64,000 bases of DNA from Octopus vulgaris. Taxonomy: Eukaryota. Where the stretch lies: positions 35,960,001 through 36,024,000 of the forward strand of contig OX597830.1 in the NCBI GenBank assembly GCA_951406725.2. The letters are read 5' to 3'. A program made the translations under genes and the position numbers. Position 1 is the first letter of the stretch. Each line of letters starts with the position of its first letter. Shown here piece after piece: positions 27,806 to 40,759 of the stretch. The notes below the pieces were generated by a model that searched no databases, was not told the origin of the DNA, and worked only from the letters and a program-made list of their open reading frames with translations.

Positions 27806-28939
27806 TATACATACACACACACACATACACACACACATACAAATATATATATACACGTAATATATTATTATTTTTATTAAATTTCATTAAAAGAATAAAA
27901 ACTTCAGTACATGATGATACATAGTCAAAATGTACACAATGGAACTAAAATATAAATACTGAAACTGAAATAACAGGATTCGGCATAATGAAGGGAGCAG
28001 AAACACATCAATGCCCTGTCCAAGATGGTCGTTTCAGCTCCGTGTCACAAACGTCTAAGTGAACATACACAGAAAACGTAAGTGTCCATAACATTAATTT
28101 GAAAGCTAGTTCTGGAAGAAAGAACTTGGGTGCCTGAGCGCTAATCTCCAACACTCCGTGTGTGTATATATGTATATATATATATAAATTTGGGCATTGT
28201 CTGTAGATAAAACACACTTGGTTTCTTCAGAAATAGCGTGAAAAGGATAAATAAAACTAACGCTAAACGATAAGGGACGTAAGAGATTGTAATATCTAAA
28301 CAAGAAAAACGGCTGTGATTGCACATAGTTTACTATAAAGAGAACATAGAAATATTAACGTAAATGTATCTTATCTGTTAAATAATATAAAATATCTGTA
28401 GAACAATATTTACGTAAATCGGTGACTCTGTATGTGTAGACACACGCAAACACTAGAGCGCATTCACAAATACAGACACAGCGTCATTTCATTACACACA
28501 CACACACACATATATATATATACTAGTGTGTGCGTGCATACATATACATATACGTGCTTAAGTATATATGTAGGCATATATATATATATATATATATATC
28601 ATATAATATTATATTATGTCATATACCCACAAACACGCATGCACAAAAACACACGAACACACGGATTACTTTAGTCGTTTCTTCTGTTCACTTATTTTAG
28701 GTTCCTTTGGAGTCCTTGCTTCTATTTGTGTCTGTGAGTGCTTAGGAAATATATGTATATGTGTAGAAATATGAGACCACACAGGGCGTTTATGTGTGTA
28801 TGTGTTTGGGTTGCGTCGTTTTAGTTCTAAAGAACAAAACGTTTTTTTTTTAAATCTTGTGTTATTCTTCCAATTCTGGTCTTATTCATAATCAGATAAA
28901 CACGTAACTGGGCTTCTGTTTATACATGCACATACACAT

Positions 28940-28991
<52 letters not shown>

Positions 28992-28992
28992 C

Positions 28993-29029
<37 letters not shown>

Positions 29030-29062
29030 CATACATATACATATATTTATATATATATACAT

Positions 29063-29101
<39 letters not shown>

Positions 29102-29894
29102 CGTATATATATACATATATATATATGGATATACGTACTTATGTATATATTTTATGTATATACGCATACATGCCTATAGAATAAGAGAAGAGGGAGATAT
29201 GTGCATAATTAGATGTATACATACACGGAGACAGGTACATATACACAGTCGCACAAAACCTGACACACACACACACACATATATATATATGCATATACGC
29301 ACACCCCAATGTATATTGAGGTATTTGAAGACATATCCTCACACATTTGCTACACCATATCTATAATACAAGCATAATTTACAAATATACATACAATCAC
29401 TTATGTATGAATATAAGTGTATGTATATGTAAATATATAAGTATTGGCATATATATATATGAATAAAAAAGATATATACGTATATATACACGCGCACACA
29501 CAAATTACATACATGTATACAGACATATATTGTACATAGTATTGTCTCTGTACACCTATTTTTTAGTTTTATGGGGGGGTTTTTATACATACAAATATAT
29601 TTTTGCCTCGTTTCTTCACAGATTATAAAACTGAGAAACGTGTGAAAAATATATGAAGAAAGTATTCTTTTTAATTATTATTATCCGAAAAGTTTTCTTT
29701 AAAGCATGACAAGAGTTTATTTGTTGGATACTTGATATTGTTATTATTAATATTCCATTCGTCTTTGTTTCGTTTTTCGCCATCACATTCGTTTCGTTTT
29801 TTTTTTTTTATTATGTTCTTTAGATTTTTGGTGTATGAGGGCGATAATCTTTTGTTTCCAGATTTCGTTAACGTTATTATTTTTTACATAAACT

Positions 29895-29947
<53 letters not shown>

Positions 29948-30378
29948 CATACATATAGACATACATATATTTATATATATATATTTACATATATATATAT
30001 AAATATATATATATATGAGATATGCGTACGTGTGAGTGTTAATGTGTGTGGTGTGAATATGTGCGTTCGTGTAGTATGTTTGCAGAAGCATAAATAATTT
30101 TTCTGGGAAAATACAGAAACATTTGCTTCACTCATATTCGTGATAGATTATTTAGAAAGTAATATTGTTTATGATAGAGAAAAAGAGAAAACAAAATGTA
30201 TATATAGGTATGTGTTTATATTTCTGCATAGACGCACATATGCACACACACACATGCACTCACACACACACATGCACTTACACACACACATGTACTCACA
30301 CACACACACATATATATATTCATACATATATAATAAATATACTCATACATATATTTATATTTACACATATACATATAT

Positions 30379-30422
<44 letters not shown>

Positions 30423-30486
30423 TATATATCTGCAGCATCTTGTTCTAACGTATGTTAATGTGTGTGAGAGAGAGGGGGGGAGAGAG

Positions 30487-30522
<36 letters not shown>

Positions 30523-31255
30523 GGAAAGAAGGAAGGAAACAAAGAAAGAATGTATTAATATTTACTTAGAACTGTATAATTATCAGCACGCACTGAGATG
30601 CATGTACACAAACATACGTAATTTATAACTACCCACAGACACATACTTACGCGTGTATGCGTGCACGTGTTTTTGTGTGCGTGTATAGTTGTATATACAC
30701 AACTAAACAGTTATTCTAATGCGTGCATTTTGTGTGTAGTTGCCTGCATCGAGACTTTGTTAAGTTTGTTAGTTTTGTAGTTTAAAAATCTTAAAGAACA
30801 GCACACTTTGCTAAAGGGTAAGCAACGAACGTGAAAAGCCTGTACATGATATTTGTTTACACTCATTTGTTTTATTAATTATTTTATACCACCCTCATCA
30901 TCGCCATCCCAGTCTTCAGCATCACCATCATCATAATAATAATTAGTAGTAGTAGTAGTAGTAGCATCAAAATCAGAATTTTCTTTTATTCATATTATTT
31001 CTATTATTATTTTAATATTTATTGTTGTGTATATTTTTGCAAACTGGTAAAAAAAAAATGGCTGACTACTTTTTTTTTGTATATGTAAGAGAATGTGTGT
31101 GTTGAATGGATAATTTTTATTATTTTTTTCCATTTATCATGACAACGGTATGAACTAAGGAATCGTGAACTTATATATAAATGTGTGTTCATTTATGCTA
31201 ATTTGCATGATTGTGTTTCTGCGTGTCCATATTCAAGTATGTGCGTATATATATT

Positions 31256-31286
<31 letters not shown>

Positions 31287-31589
31287 TTGTAATCAAACAT
31301 GTGTGTGTTACTTGTGTGTGTTTCTATATATTTCTTTGTTTTTTGTTTTCTTTTTTGTGTTATTTTATTTCATTTTATTTTTTTTTTGTAAGCAGCTTTG
31401 GATGGGTTTGTGACTATGTAAAAAACAAATATAAGAAAAATTAGAAAAAAAATTCTCCAGGAAAGAAAAAAAAAATAAGTAAAATATGTATTTGTTTGCT
31501 TCTAAACAATGTTATTGCAAATATACAGAACTCATAACAAAGGAAGTTTCTATAACAATTGCGAAACTTTACAGAAGGAAAATAATAAT

Positions 31590-32130
31590 AATTCCTTCGA
31601 AATTTGGCACAACGCCTGTAATTTTGAGAGTATAGGGCAAATCGCTTCCGTTTATCCCTGTACTTGACTGGGACTTTATTTTATTGAACCTAAACAGATG
31701 AAAAGGAAAAGTGACCTCGACTGAATTTGAACTTAGAACGTAAAGAGCTGGAGGAGGTACTTTTAGATTTACAATCGGGAAGATCTAACGATTCCGACAG
31801 CCCCCCTACCACCACCACCACCACTACCACCACCTTTCAGGGTTTCTGCTTTATGCACAAGGCCGACAACTTATGAAGCGTTGGATATAAGCAGCACTAT
31901 CAACCATCTTAAGTGACTAGTACTTTATTTAGTCGACTGACAAAAATTCTACTAGGCGGGATTTGAACTCACAACGTCGGAAGAAATACTACAATGCATT
32001 TTGTCCGACGATACTGCAGCTCACAGTCTTTACTAATTTCTACATGGAGCACAAGGACACCAATTTCGGGTTGCGACTTACATAGTTTAGAACATCTTCA
32101 GTCTTTAAACTGGTACTCATTGACCCTGAA
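31590..32130 (-). mobile_element. Three diverged SINE family A copies
   Basis: GACCTCGACTGAATTTGAACTTAGAACG, GGCGGGATTTGAACTCAC and CTGGTACT motifs. Confidence 0.7.
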
Positions 32131-32379
32131 AGTGCTTGTAGCCATAAGGTGTTAGTGGTGCCGACGGGTTCCTCTATTCCGTTGGTGAATTTGTTAGTGA
32201 CGACGGCAGTTTTACTGCTACTACCTGCTTGGACCTATTTTCACTGATACTGTTGTTGTTATCATTATTGCTACTGCTGTTCTTCTTCCAGTCAGGGCTC
32301 ACGCCATTAGCTACAAAGAATAAGCTCTAATTCGAGCCTACTCTAAGCTACTAAGAATGCGTGTGGCAACTTGAAGATC

Positions 32380-32726
32380 CACCCACCACACGCGATAGAC
32401 TGGCGGTTGCACGGGCGCGAAAGCTACGTTGTTATCCTCATTCCGTAAACGGTGGCTTTTAACGGGTGGTGAGCTGAACCATCCTGGGGTACAGAGGATT
32501 CGCAAGCTAGATTAGGGTCTGAAAGTTTACCAGACCATAGTGGGTTACACCATGATTCCTCTACTTTGTGGCAGAAGTATGAAGAAAGAGTGAAAGAAAG
32601 TTGAGGTGAAAGAGTACAGCTTAGGTGTTTTTGCTCAATAAACACTCACAATGCCCGGTCTGGGAATCGAAACCACGTTCTTACGACCGCGAGTCCGCTG
32701 TCCTAACCACTGGGCCATTGCGCCTC
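32380..32726 (-). mobile_element. tRNA-derived SINE family C
   Basis: Minus strand GGCGCAATGGCCCAGTGGTTAGG (A box)..GGTTTCGATTCCC (B box)..TTGAGCAAAAACACCTAA (CORE-like); 3' boundary approximate. Confidence 0.75.
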
Positions 32727-33496
32727 TATTGCTGCTGGTGTTGCCATTGTTATAGTTGTTGTGTGTTGCAGCTTCTTATGTTGTTGTGACTACTGTTGTT
32801 ATTGATACTGTTGTTATTGATACTACAGATGAAGAGCCGTATATTGGATGGTGCTGATTTGAAACAAGATTTTCATCTTCAAAATCCCCTTCCATGCTCC
32901 TCTCTTTCTGATCAGCTAGCTAAGAAGACAATATGAAAGCACGGAGGTGGAGAGGTGCACGAAGCAGTCCTATGTATAAAGGCAATGTTATTACCAGTCT
33001 AAATATGTTTGGGACACGTTCGAACTGGGGAACAAGCCATTCGCAGTGTTTTGTCACGGAGAAAATTTCTCGTTGTAGACAAATGGTGCGAATACACCTA
33101 GATCAGCTCGCAGCGCCACCTGCCTAGACTGTGAGATGCCAGAATTTCGGAGCATGAAAGCAATTTCAGAAGTTTTGCTAGATTTTAAAATGTTTCTTTT
33201 TCTCAAACTTTTTGGTTCATGGAGTGAGTAACCAAAATCACAACGAGTTCCATATAATGGTTTAATAATACGGCCAAACAATAAAATCAATAAAAAACAC
33301 TGGAAAAAGAAAACACTTCTAGAGCTTCTTGAAAACACGTTCAGTTACAATGATTTGTAGTAGTAGTAGTAGTAGTAGTAGACGTCATTCAAAAACAGCT
33401 TTTCTTTGACATCGATATCTTAGAAAAGTTACAGTATTTTATAGAAAATAATGCCTCCTTTATTTATCATAGCTTTTCTACTATCTTAAACATTTT

Positions 33497-33899
33497 AAAG
33501 CGGCGAGTTGGCAGAAACGTTAGCACGCCGGGTGAAATGCTTAGCGGTATTTCGTCTGCTGTTACGTTCTGATTTCAAATTCCGCCGAGGCCGACTTTGC
33601 CTTTCATCCTTTCGGGGTCGATTAAATAAGTTCTAGTTACGCACTGGGGTCGATATAATCGATTTAATCCGTTTGTCTATCCTTGTTTGTCCTCTCTGTG
33701 TTTAGCCCCTTGTGGGTAGTACAGAAATATGTATTTCGTCTGTCATTACGCTCTAATTTCAAATTCCGCCGAGGTCGACTTTGCCTTTCATCCTTTCGGG
33801 GGTGGATAAATTATGTACCAGTTGCGTACAGGGGTCGATCTAATCGAGTGCCCCCCCCCCCCACAAATGTTCGGTCCTTGTGCCTAGATTAGAAAAGAT
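33497..33899 (+). mobile_element. Dimeric SINE family A with 15-bp target-site duplication
   Basis: Two central domains; flanks TATCTTAAACATTTT (33482-33496) and TATCTTAAACAGTTT (33900-33914). Confidence 0.88.
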
Positions 33900-34184
33900 T
33901 ATCTTAAACAGTTTGTTTCAACTTTACTGTATGTTAAACTTATATCTGTCATGAAAGCCAAGATGCCTGAACGATTAGAAAGAATAGTCAAATTCTCCCA
34001 TCAATTCCTAACCTTGATGTCTTCAAAATTTAATACTGTATATTGGATAATTTATTCCTACACCCATTCTGTATGAGGAATAAGACTGCATTTTGTGGTT
34101 GGAATATATTTCATCATTACTCCACCCTGTCAGATCTGATCTGAGCGAAAACAACATGTTTATCATCAATATTATTATCATTGC

Positions 34185-34585
34185 GTTTAAGACGGCGAGG
34201 GAGCAGAATCGTTGGCTAACTGGACGAAATACTTAGCGATATTTCGCCAGTCACTACGTTCTGAGTTCAAATTTCGCCGAGGTTGACTTTACTTTCATCC
34301 TTTCGGGGTCTATAAAATAAGTACCAGTTGAAGATTGGAGTTGATGTTAGCGTTTGGCCCTCGCCCCAAATTTCAGGCCTTGGGCCTATAATAGAAATTA
34401 TTATTATTATTGTTATTATTATTATTATCATTATTATTATTTATGCGGTAAGCTGACAGAATCGTTAGCACGCTAGACGAAATGCTTAGCGGTATTTTGC
34501 CCGTCGCTATGTTCTGAGTTCAAACTCCGCCGAGGTCGACTTTGCCTTTCATCCTTTCGGGGTCGATAAAATAAGTACCAGTTCA
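34185..34585 (+). mobile_element. Two SINE family A copies separated by an (ATT)n tail
   Basis: Consensus head and central domain twice. Confidence 0.85.
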
Positions 34586-35294
34586 ATCAGTGTCGGATTT
34601 TTAGGTTTGTGTCAAACAGCTGAACAGCTGATGTCAAATATAGGATGAATCCGGCTGTTCTTCGTGTCCATTGTAAAGAATGACACGGAACCTTCCTTTG
34701 GCAGGGAAGGGAGAAAAACTCAGTCTTTATTTCGCGGACTAAATTGAAAGGGTTCGAAGAAAGAAAACTTTTCGTAATGCCCAAGGTCTTAAATTCTCTC
34801 CTAAGAAAAATATCTCACAATATGGTTTATTCTCCATTATCTAATTAGCTATTGTTTTGTCTTATATATTTTAGTGAATATCCCATAATGACGATGTTAT
34901 ATTTTTTACCCAGCTTCATTTTATTTTCGTAAATTCCAGTGGAAATGCATTCGTATGGAACTGCGATGAAAGCGATTCGGTCTAAGTTTTGGATCCTCCC
35001 CTTCTCGGCCTATGTTGAATTGGTTCTTTTACTTTGCTGAGTTTTGGTCGAGCCTCATAGTTCAGCCTTTTTTTCCCAATATCTTTGGATGACATTTTAG
35101 AATACCCTTTCCAAGTTATCTTTTAGTTTGTTGATACACACCACACACACACACACACACACACGCTGGTTTCACTGATATCTTTGTTTTATTTATGTTT
35201 TCGAGCTATTTTATTTCGTTTTAATTTTTTTGTGTCCTATAGACGATATTTCTATAATAGCTTTCTCTTTTGCAGAAAATAGCAAATTTATGTA

Positions 35295-35604
35295 CATTGG
35301 AACCTCGGCATGCACATGTAACTCGTTTCTAAAGGTCGTTCGTCACACGAAATCTTCATAAAAGGATACTATTTTTCCCATAGGAAATTCAAGAGAAGTC
35401 ATGGTGAATTCGAGCAGGTATGTACAGTTGGGGAATGTTAGACAGCAAATGATGCTCACCTGTTGATATTCCCAGCTTGTCACCAAGTGTTGTTGACGGT
35501 TTGCTTCTTTGTTACGCGAGACACCGTTTATCCCCCGAGACGTTTTATGCTTGAAAAATTGATTCATTCGCGTTGAGAATCGTTCGTAAACCGAAGTTAC
35601 ACTG
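35295..35604. mobile_element. Tigger/pogo-like MITE with TA target duplication
   Basis: TA|CATTGGAACCTCGG at the left; reverse complement of the right end reads TA|CAGTGTAACTTCGGTTTACGAAC; internal TTTTCCCATAGGAAA. Confidence 0.7.
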
Positions 35605-36209
35605 TAAATACAGTACTTTTATTTCAGCCTCCCGGTAGAATATTTTAAATAAAGTTATTATTATATCTTCTTTAATATCTTTTCGCAATTCTCTAAATTT
35701 CCATTTGATAAGGGCTACAATATTGATATCTATCACTATAACCTTAGTATTTAGTCAAATATAATCATTAATCAAATATGTATATTCTACCCCCTCTTAT
35801 TATTCATTATTCACTTTTCTTTCTGTATGTGTTGCAATATTTCTGTAGTTCCTGTATATTTAACCTTTAGGGCACATCTCATTGCTTGTTTTAAAAGTAA
35901 TTTTATTTTGTTCAAGTTAGCCTTGGTGCATCATTTGAAACTATATTTAATGCCAATTTTCCTGCTAAATCACTTAACTCTAACAAAATCTGCATGTTGT
36001 ATATCATCTCTAGTAAATATCTATCGGACATCTTATATAAGCCGGACTATGGTCGATTGTAAACATTCCATAACACATATTCATATCCATGAAGGATGTT
36101 GATTAAAGATTTAGAAAAGAAAAAGTTCCAAGAAAAGCACTTCTCTTGGAATATTTCAAGCCGCCTGATAAGAATAGATTTCCTTTGTGCAATATTATTT
36201 TTAAATTCA

Positions 36210-36680
36210 AGATGGCCAGCTGGCAGACTTTTTTAGCACGCCAGGCAAAGTGCTTCGCGACATTTCGTCCGCCTTTACGTTCGGGGTTCAAATGCCACCA
36301 AGGTCGATTTTGCTATTCATCCTTACGGAGTCAGTGAAATTAGTAACACTTGAGCACTGAGGTCGAAATCTGCCGAGGTCGACTTTGCATTTCATCGTTT
36401 CAAGGTCAATAAAACTAGTTACAATTGAGCACTTACCTACCTCCCCCACAATTTCAGGCCTTGTGCCTATTGTAGAAAGGAATATTGTGTCGTTAGTTTT
36501 GAACTACATTTGTTTGCTATTTAGGCAGGACAATGTACCAACTTGCTACTGGTGTTACAATTTGAGGAGGGAGTCAGTCGATACTATACACCGCAGTACC
36601 TGAGCAATACTTTATTTCATCGATCTCAGCGTGACGAAGGGCGAAGTTGACTTCTGTGTCATTTGAACATGAAAGTAAAG
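36210..36680. mobile_element. Diverged SINE family A copies (plus strand about 36210-36480, minus strand about 36540-36680)
   Basis: Consensus motifs in both orientations. Confidence 0.7.
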
Positions 36681-36726
36681 ATCTACAGTTACGGCATTCA
36701 AATTGTTCTACTGTTCCATCACATAA

Positions 36727-36990
36727 TAATAAAATAAAATAAATGCGCCCTTTTAAAGCCTAGCCAGGATCAGGGCCCGGTTTCCTGGTTTCTATGACGT
36801 ATGTGTTCCCCTGCTAGACGGGACGCCAGTCCATCGCAGCGTTACTCATTTTTGCCAGCTGAGTGGACTGGAGCAACGTGAAATGAAATGTTTTCCTCAA
36901 GAACACAATGCGTCGCCCGGTCCAGGAATCGAAACCACAATCTTACCATCATGATGCTGACACCCTAACCACTAAGCCACGCGCCTCCAC
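36727..36990 (-). mobile_element. Full-length tRNA-derived SINE (family C-related) with (TTTTA)n tail and 13-bp target-site duplication
   Basis: Minus strand GGAGGCGCGTGGCTTAGTGGTTAGG..GGTTTCGATTCC..CTGCGATGGACTGGCGTCCCGTC; flanks TTCCATCACATAA (36714-36726) and TTCCAGCACATAA (36991-37003). Confidence 0.88.
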
Positions 36991-37012
36991 TTCCAGCACA
37001 TAAACCCGATGA

Positions 37013-37046
<34 letters not shown>

Positions 37047-38255
37047 TGGTGGCTGTAGTGGTGGTGATGGTGGTGGTGAAGTTATTAAGGTTGACGAAAG
37101 TGTTCGTCTTTGTGGGATTAGTGGTGGGGTGTCGAGAGAGGAGACGCAGGTAATTATTACTTAGTAGTGACGAGGAGAGGGGGGGAAGTGATGGTAATGA
37201 TGTGATGTTGATCCTCCTTGTGTACAGATCTATTTTACATAATTATCCCTTTTTCTTTCTTTTCTGTTTTTTGGGGGGAGTTTTGGTGGGGTTTTTTTAC
37301 TTTGACTACGCGAATTATAAGAATTTAGGTTGTGTTGTTATAAGAAAGCTTCCTAGTTAACCGGATTTATAATGTAGGTCGACAAATATATTGAGTGACC
37401 GGCTGATTGCTCGGGAAGTTTTGTTTCAGAAAAGGCCACTGCAGCTGCATTGATGCAATAAATATTCCGACAAAGATATTTCATGTATCAATTCCAAACA
37501 ACGTAAGCGACAATTGTAATCGACAAACCAATAGCCGGATTAAGTAACATTCTATAGGTCTTATATTATGTTCATTTCTATCTGACTGAAGACAATTAAT
37601 TTTCCTGGTCAGTCTGCTGCTAATTCAATATAATTTCATTGAACATAGAACGATGATGCCATTTGACGAGAGAAAAAAAAATTAATTAAGAACTAAATTA
37701 ATTATGGACAATTCTGATATTTGAAATGCGCGTTCATAGACCGTTCATGGAGCGTTCATAGAAAATGCAGATGCATTCGTTGTCAGTATTGAATAGAGAA
37801 AAGCATTTCCACTGGTAATTTTCAGTGATAAAGATAGAGTTTGTATGCGGCTGGGCGGTATTTGCCGATCGTTGTTTTACTAGAGTCATGGTGTCAAGAT
37901 TTTCAGCTGTAATACTGCGGGTTCGTGTCTCACAAATGGCAGAACACACACATACACTCACGCGCGCACATAAACGCACAGTCACAGACACACGCTCACA
38001 CACACACACACACACATATATATATAATATAAATGATATATATATCTCTTTATATATGTATATATATATATATCTTTATATATACTGTTGTGTCAGGGGA
38101 GAGTCATTTTCTTTATGTGCCTTATAATGTAACACACTCGCCTGTAAATTTTCCACTTATTTCTTATTTTTTCATTTTCCTAAAATTTTCGTTGCGTCTT
38201 ACAATCTTTTCAATAGTTTTGACTCTCGTTATATATATATATATATATATATATA

Positions 38256-38294
<39 letters not shown>

Positions 38295-38354
38295 TGACGG
38301 GGATAAACATAAGCAATATACACATATATACATATATATACATATATACGTATG

Positions 38355-38414
<60 letters not shown>

Positions 38415-38460
38415 CATATATGTATGTATATACATATATATATATGTATGTATGTGTATG

Positions 38461-38497
<37 letters not shown>

Positions 38498-38886
38498 GTA
38501 TATATGTGGGTACAGGACGTCACCAACTGTGTAAACAAAATGAAGTACGAGAAAGCAAGCGAATTAAATGAGCAAAGAACGAGAGAAAATGGAAAACAAG
38601 ACAAGTAACACAGAGAAGGACCCTTCATCAGTTGCCGGCTATCTATCTACTCCTTATTTCGAGCATTCACCGACAATATGAGTCTTCAAAGACAGTTGAT
38701 CCCATAAATTCCTAAACGAAATTTTGGACTTATGGATTGTCAAAGTTGGGAACAAAAACAGGACAGTGGACACACGCAAGGAAACGAATGGAAAAAATAT
38801 AGACAGTCGTTAGACCATATATAGATATGTGTGTGTGTGTGTGTGCGTGTGTGGGGGCATGTATATATATGTGTGTGTTTGTGTAA

Positions 38887-38937
<51 letters not shown>

Positions 38938-39189
38938 CATATATATAAAAGCATATATATATATGAACTTGTATATACTTACATATATATATAGAGAGAA
39001 ATTTACAAACACACGCACATACAAATACACGTGAGATAATTCTGTTTGGGAACAGTGGATCTTGGAGCAACTAAAGCTATAAATAATAGCGTGTTAATAT
39101 TATGTTCAAATCCTTATTGAGAGGAAAAGTAGATGATGTTCTTCAGCTAGGCGAGACGGAATGAGTGAGAGTGAGGGAGAGAGAGAGAA

Positions 39190-39270
<81 letters not shown>

Positions 39271-39680
39271 GAAAAATCTCACAACTCCTGTAGGTGTGAC
39301 ATTCGTAATTTTATATTGTATATTATATTTAACACTCAGCATTTATATTTATTGTTTCAGCATCTGATGAGAATTCAAATATGAAATAACATGGCTGCCA
39401 GGAAAATACGATAAAGATGTTGCGTAAATAAATCATGCAACGAGACCGATACTTGGAAGAAATAAACACCAATTTATATAACAGGAAATACGCGTACGAA
39501 TATATTCAGTGCTATCTGGAAATGTTCTGCTCTCTGTTAGAAGGAATTTAGATTGTGAATTAACATAGAATAGTACATGTCAAATGCTGGTTAAATATTA
39601 ACTAAGCAGAACGTTACCACTGAGAAATGTCTCATATCTCTACCTATATATCTAACTATCTATCTATCTATCTATCTATC

Positions 39681-39753
<73 letters not shown>

Positions 39754-39873
39754 AATCAAGGAACGGCCATAATAGGCCATTCACCCACTAGAAATAACAG
39801 CCAAAGCTTCAACCGCAAAACAACATTAATTCCGCAAACCAGGAGAAAATTAAAAAAACATTTACCCTGTAGT

Positions 39874-39976
39874 TTCTTATACGATGCACCGTTTCATCTA
39901 TTGTTTAATGGCAAACTAACCTGATTAAATTAAATCAAGCTAGTCTTCCATAGGCCGATAGATTCGTCAGTAAGAA
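39874..39976 (-). ncRNA. Type I hammerhead ribozyme, copy 1
   Basis: Reverse complement of 40657-40759; predicted cleavage between 39880 and 39879. Confidence 0.88.
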
Positions 39977-40357
39977 CAGCCAGATCGGAGCAGATATTTT
40001 ACACGAGGCACTTCTATCCCTGCCTCGGCAATATCTGACCTAAAATTTTCAAATCATCGCACTCGCGCCAAATTTATCGGCAGCAAATATAAGCCGCCGA
40101 TTCCATTACGGAATTAACCAGAAAATTCATAATTAATCAATATAGGGTGGCAAAAAATTTCGTAGAATTTTTTTGCCACCAGCGGCCTAGTGGGAAAAAA
40201 TTAAATAGTCATAGACCATTTATAAATTCAACATCACAATCAAGGAACGGCCATAATAGGCCATTCACCCACTAGAAATAACAGCCAAAGCTTCAACCGC
40301 AAAACAACATTAATTCCGCAAACCAGGAGAAAATTAAAATAACATTTACCCTGTAGT

Positions 40358-40460
40358 TTCTTATACGATGCACCGTTTCATCTATTGTTTAATGGCAAAC
40401 TAACCTGATTAAATTAAATCAAGCTAGTCTTCCATAGGCCGATAGATTCGTCAGTAAGAA
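40358..40460 (-). ncRNA. Type I hammerhead ribozyme, copy 2
   Basis: Same sequence as copy 1, 484 bp away; predicted cleavage between 40364 and 40363. Confidence 0.88.
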
Positions 40461-40656
40461 CAGCCAGATCGGAGCAGATATTTTACACGAGGCACTTCTA
40501 TCCCTGCCTCGGCAATATCTGACCTAAAATTTTCAAATCATCGCACTCGCGCCAAATTTATCGGCAGCAAATATAAGCCGCCGATTCCATTACGGAATTA
40601 ACCAGAAAATTCATAATTAATCAATATCGTGTAAAATATCTGCTCCGATCTGGCTG

Positions 40657-40759
40657 TTCTTACTGACGAATCTATCGGCCTATGGAAGACTAGCTTGATT
40701 TAATTTAATCAGGTTAGTTTGCCATTAAACAATAGATGAAACGGTGCATCGTATAAGAA
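40657..40759 (+). ncRNA. Type I hammerhead ribozyme, copy 3
   Basis: Stem I TTCTTA(40657-62)/TAAGAA(40754-59); CTGACGA(40663-69); stem II ATCTAT(40670-75)/ATAGAT(40732-37) with a long inner hairpin; GAAA(40738-41); stem III ACGG-tgca-TCGT; GUA site at 40751-53. Confidence 0.9.

Noticed and set aside
28030-28155. Possible decayed long-stem-II hammerhead on the minus strand
   Set aside because: First box (TTGGAGA) and cleavage region too degenerate to support
32640-32726. tRNA gene
   Set aside because: A and B boxes are present, but the sequence continues into a SINE body without a proper acceptor stem
32960-33340. Possible DNA transposon remnant
   Set aside because: No paired termini or convincing transposase motif found
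39364-39400. CTGATGA..GAAA hammerhead-like boxes
   Set aside because: Stems I to III cannot be formed convincingly
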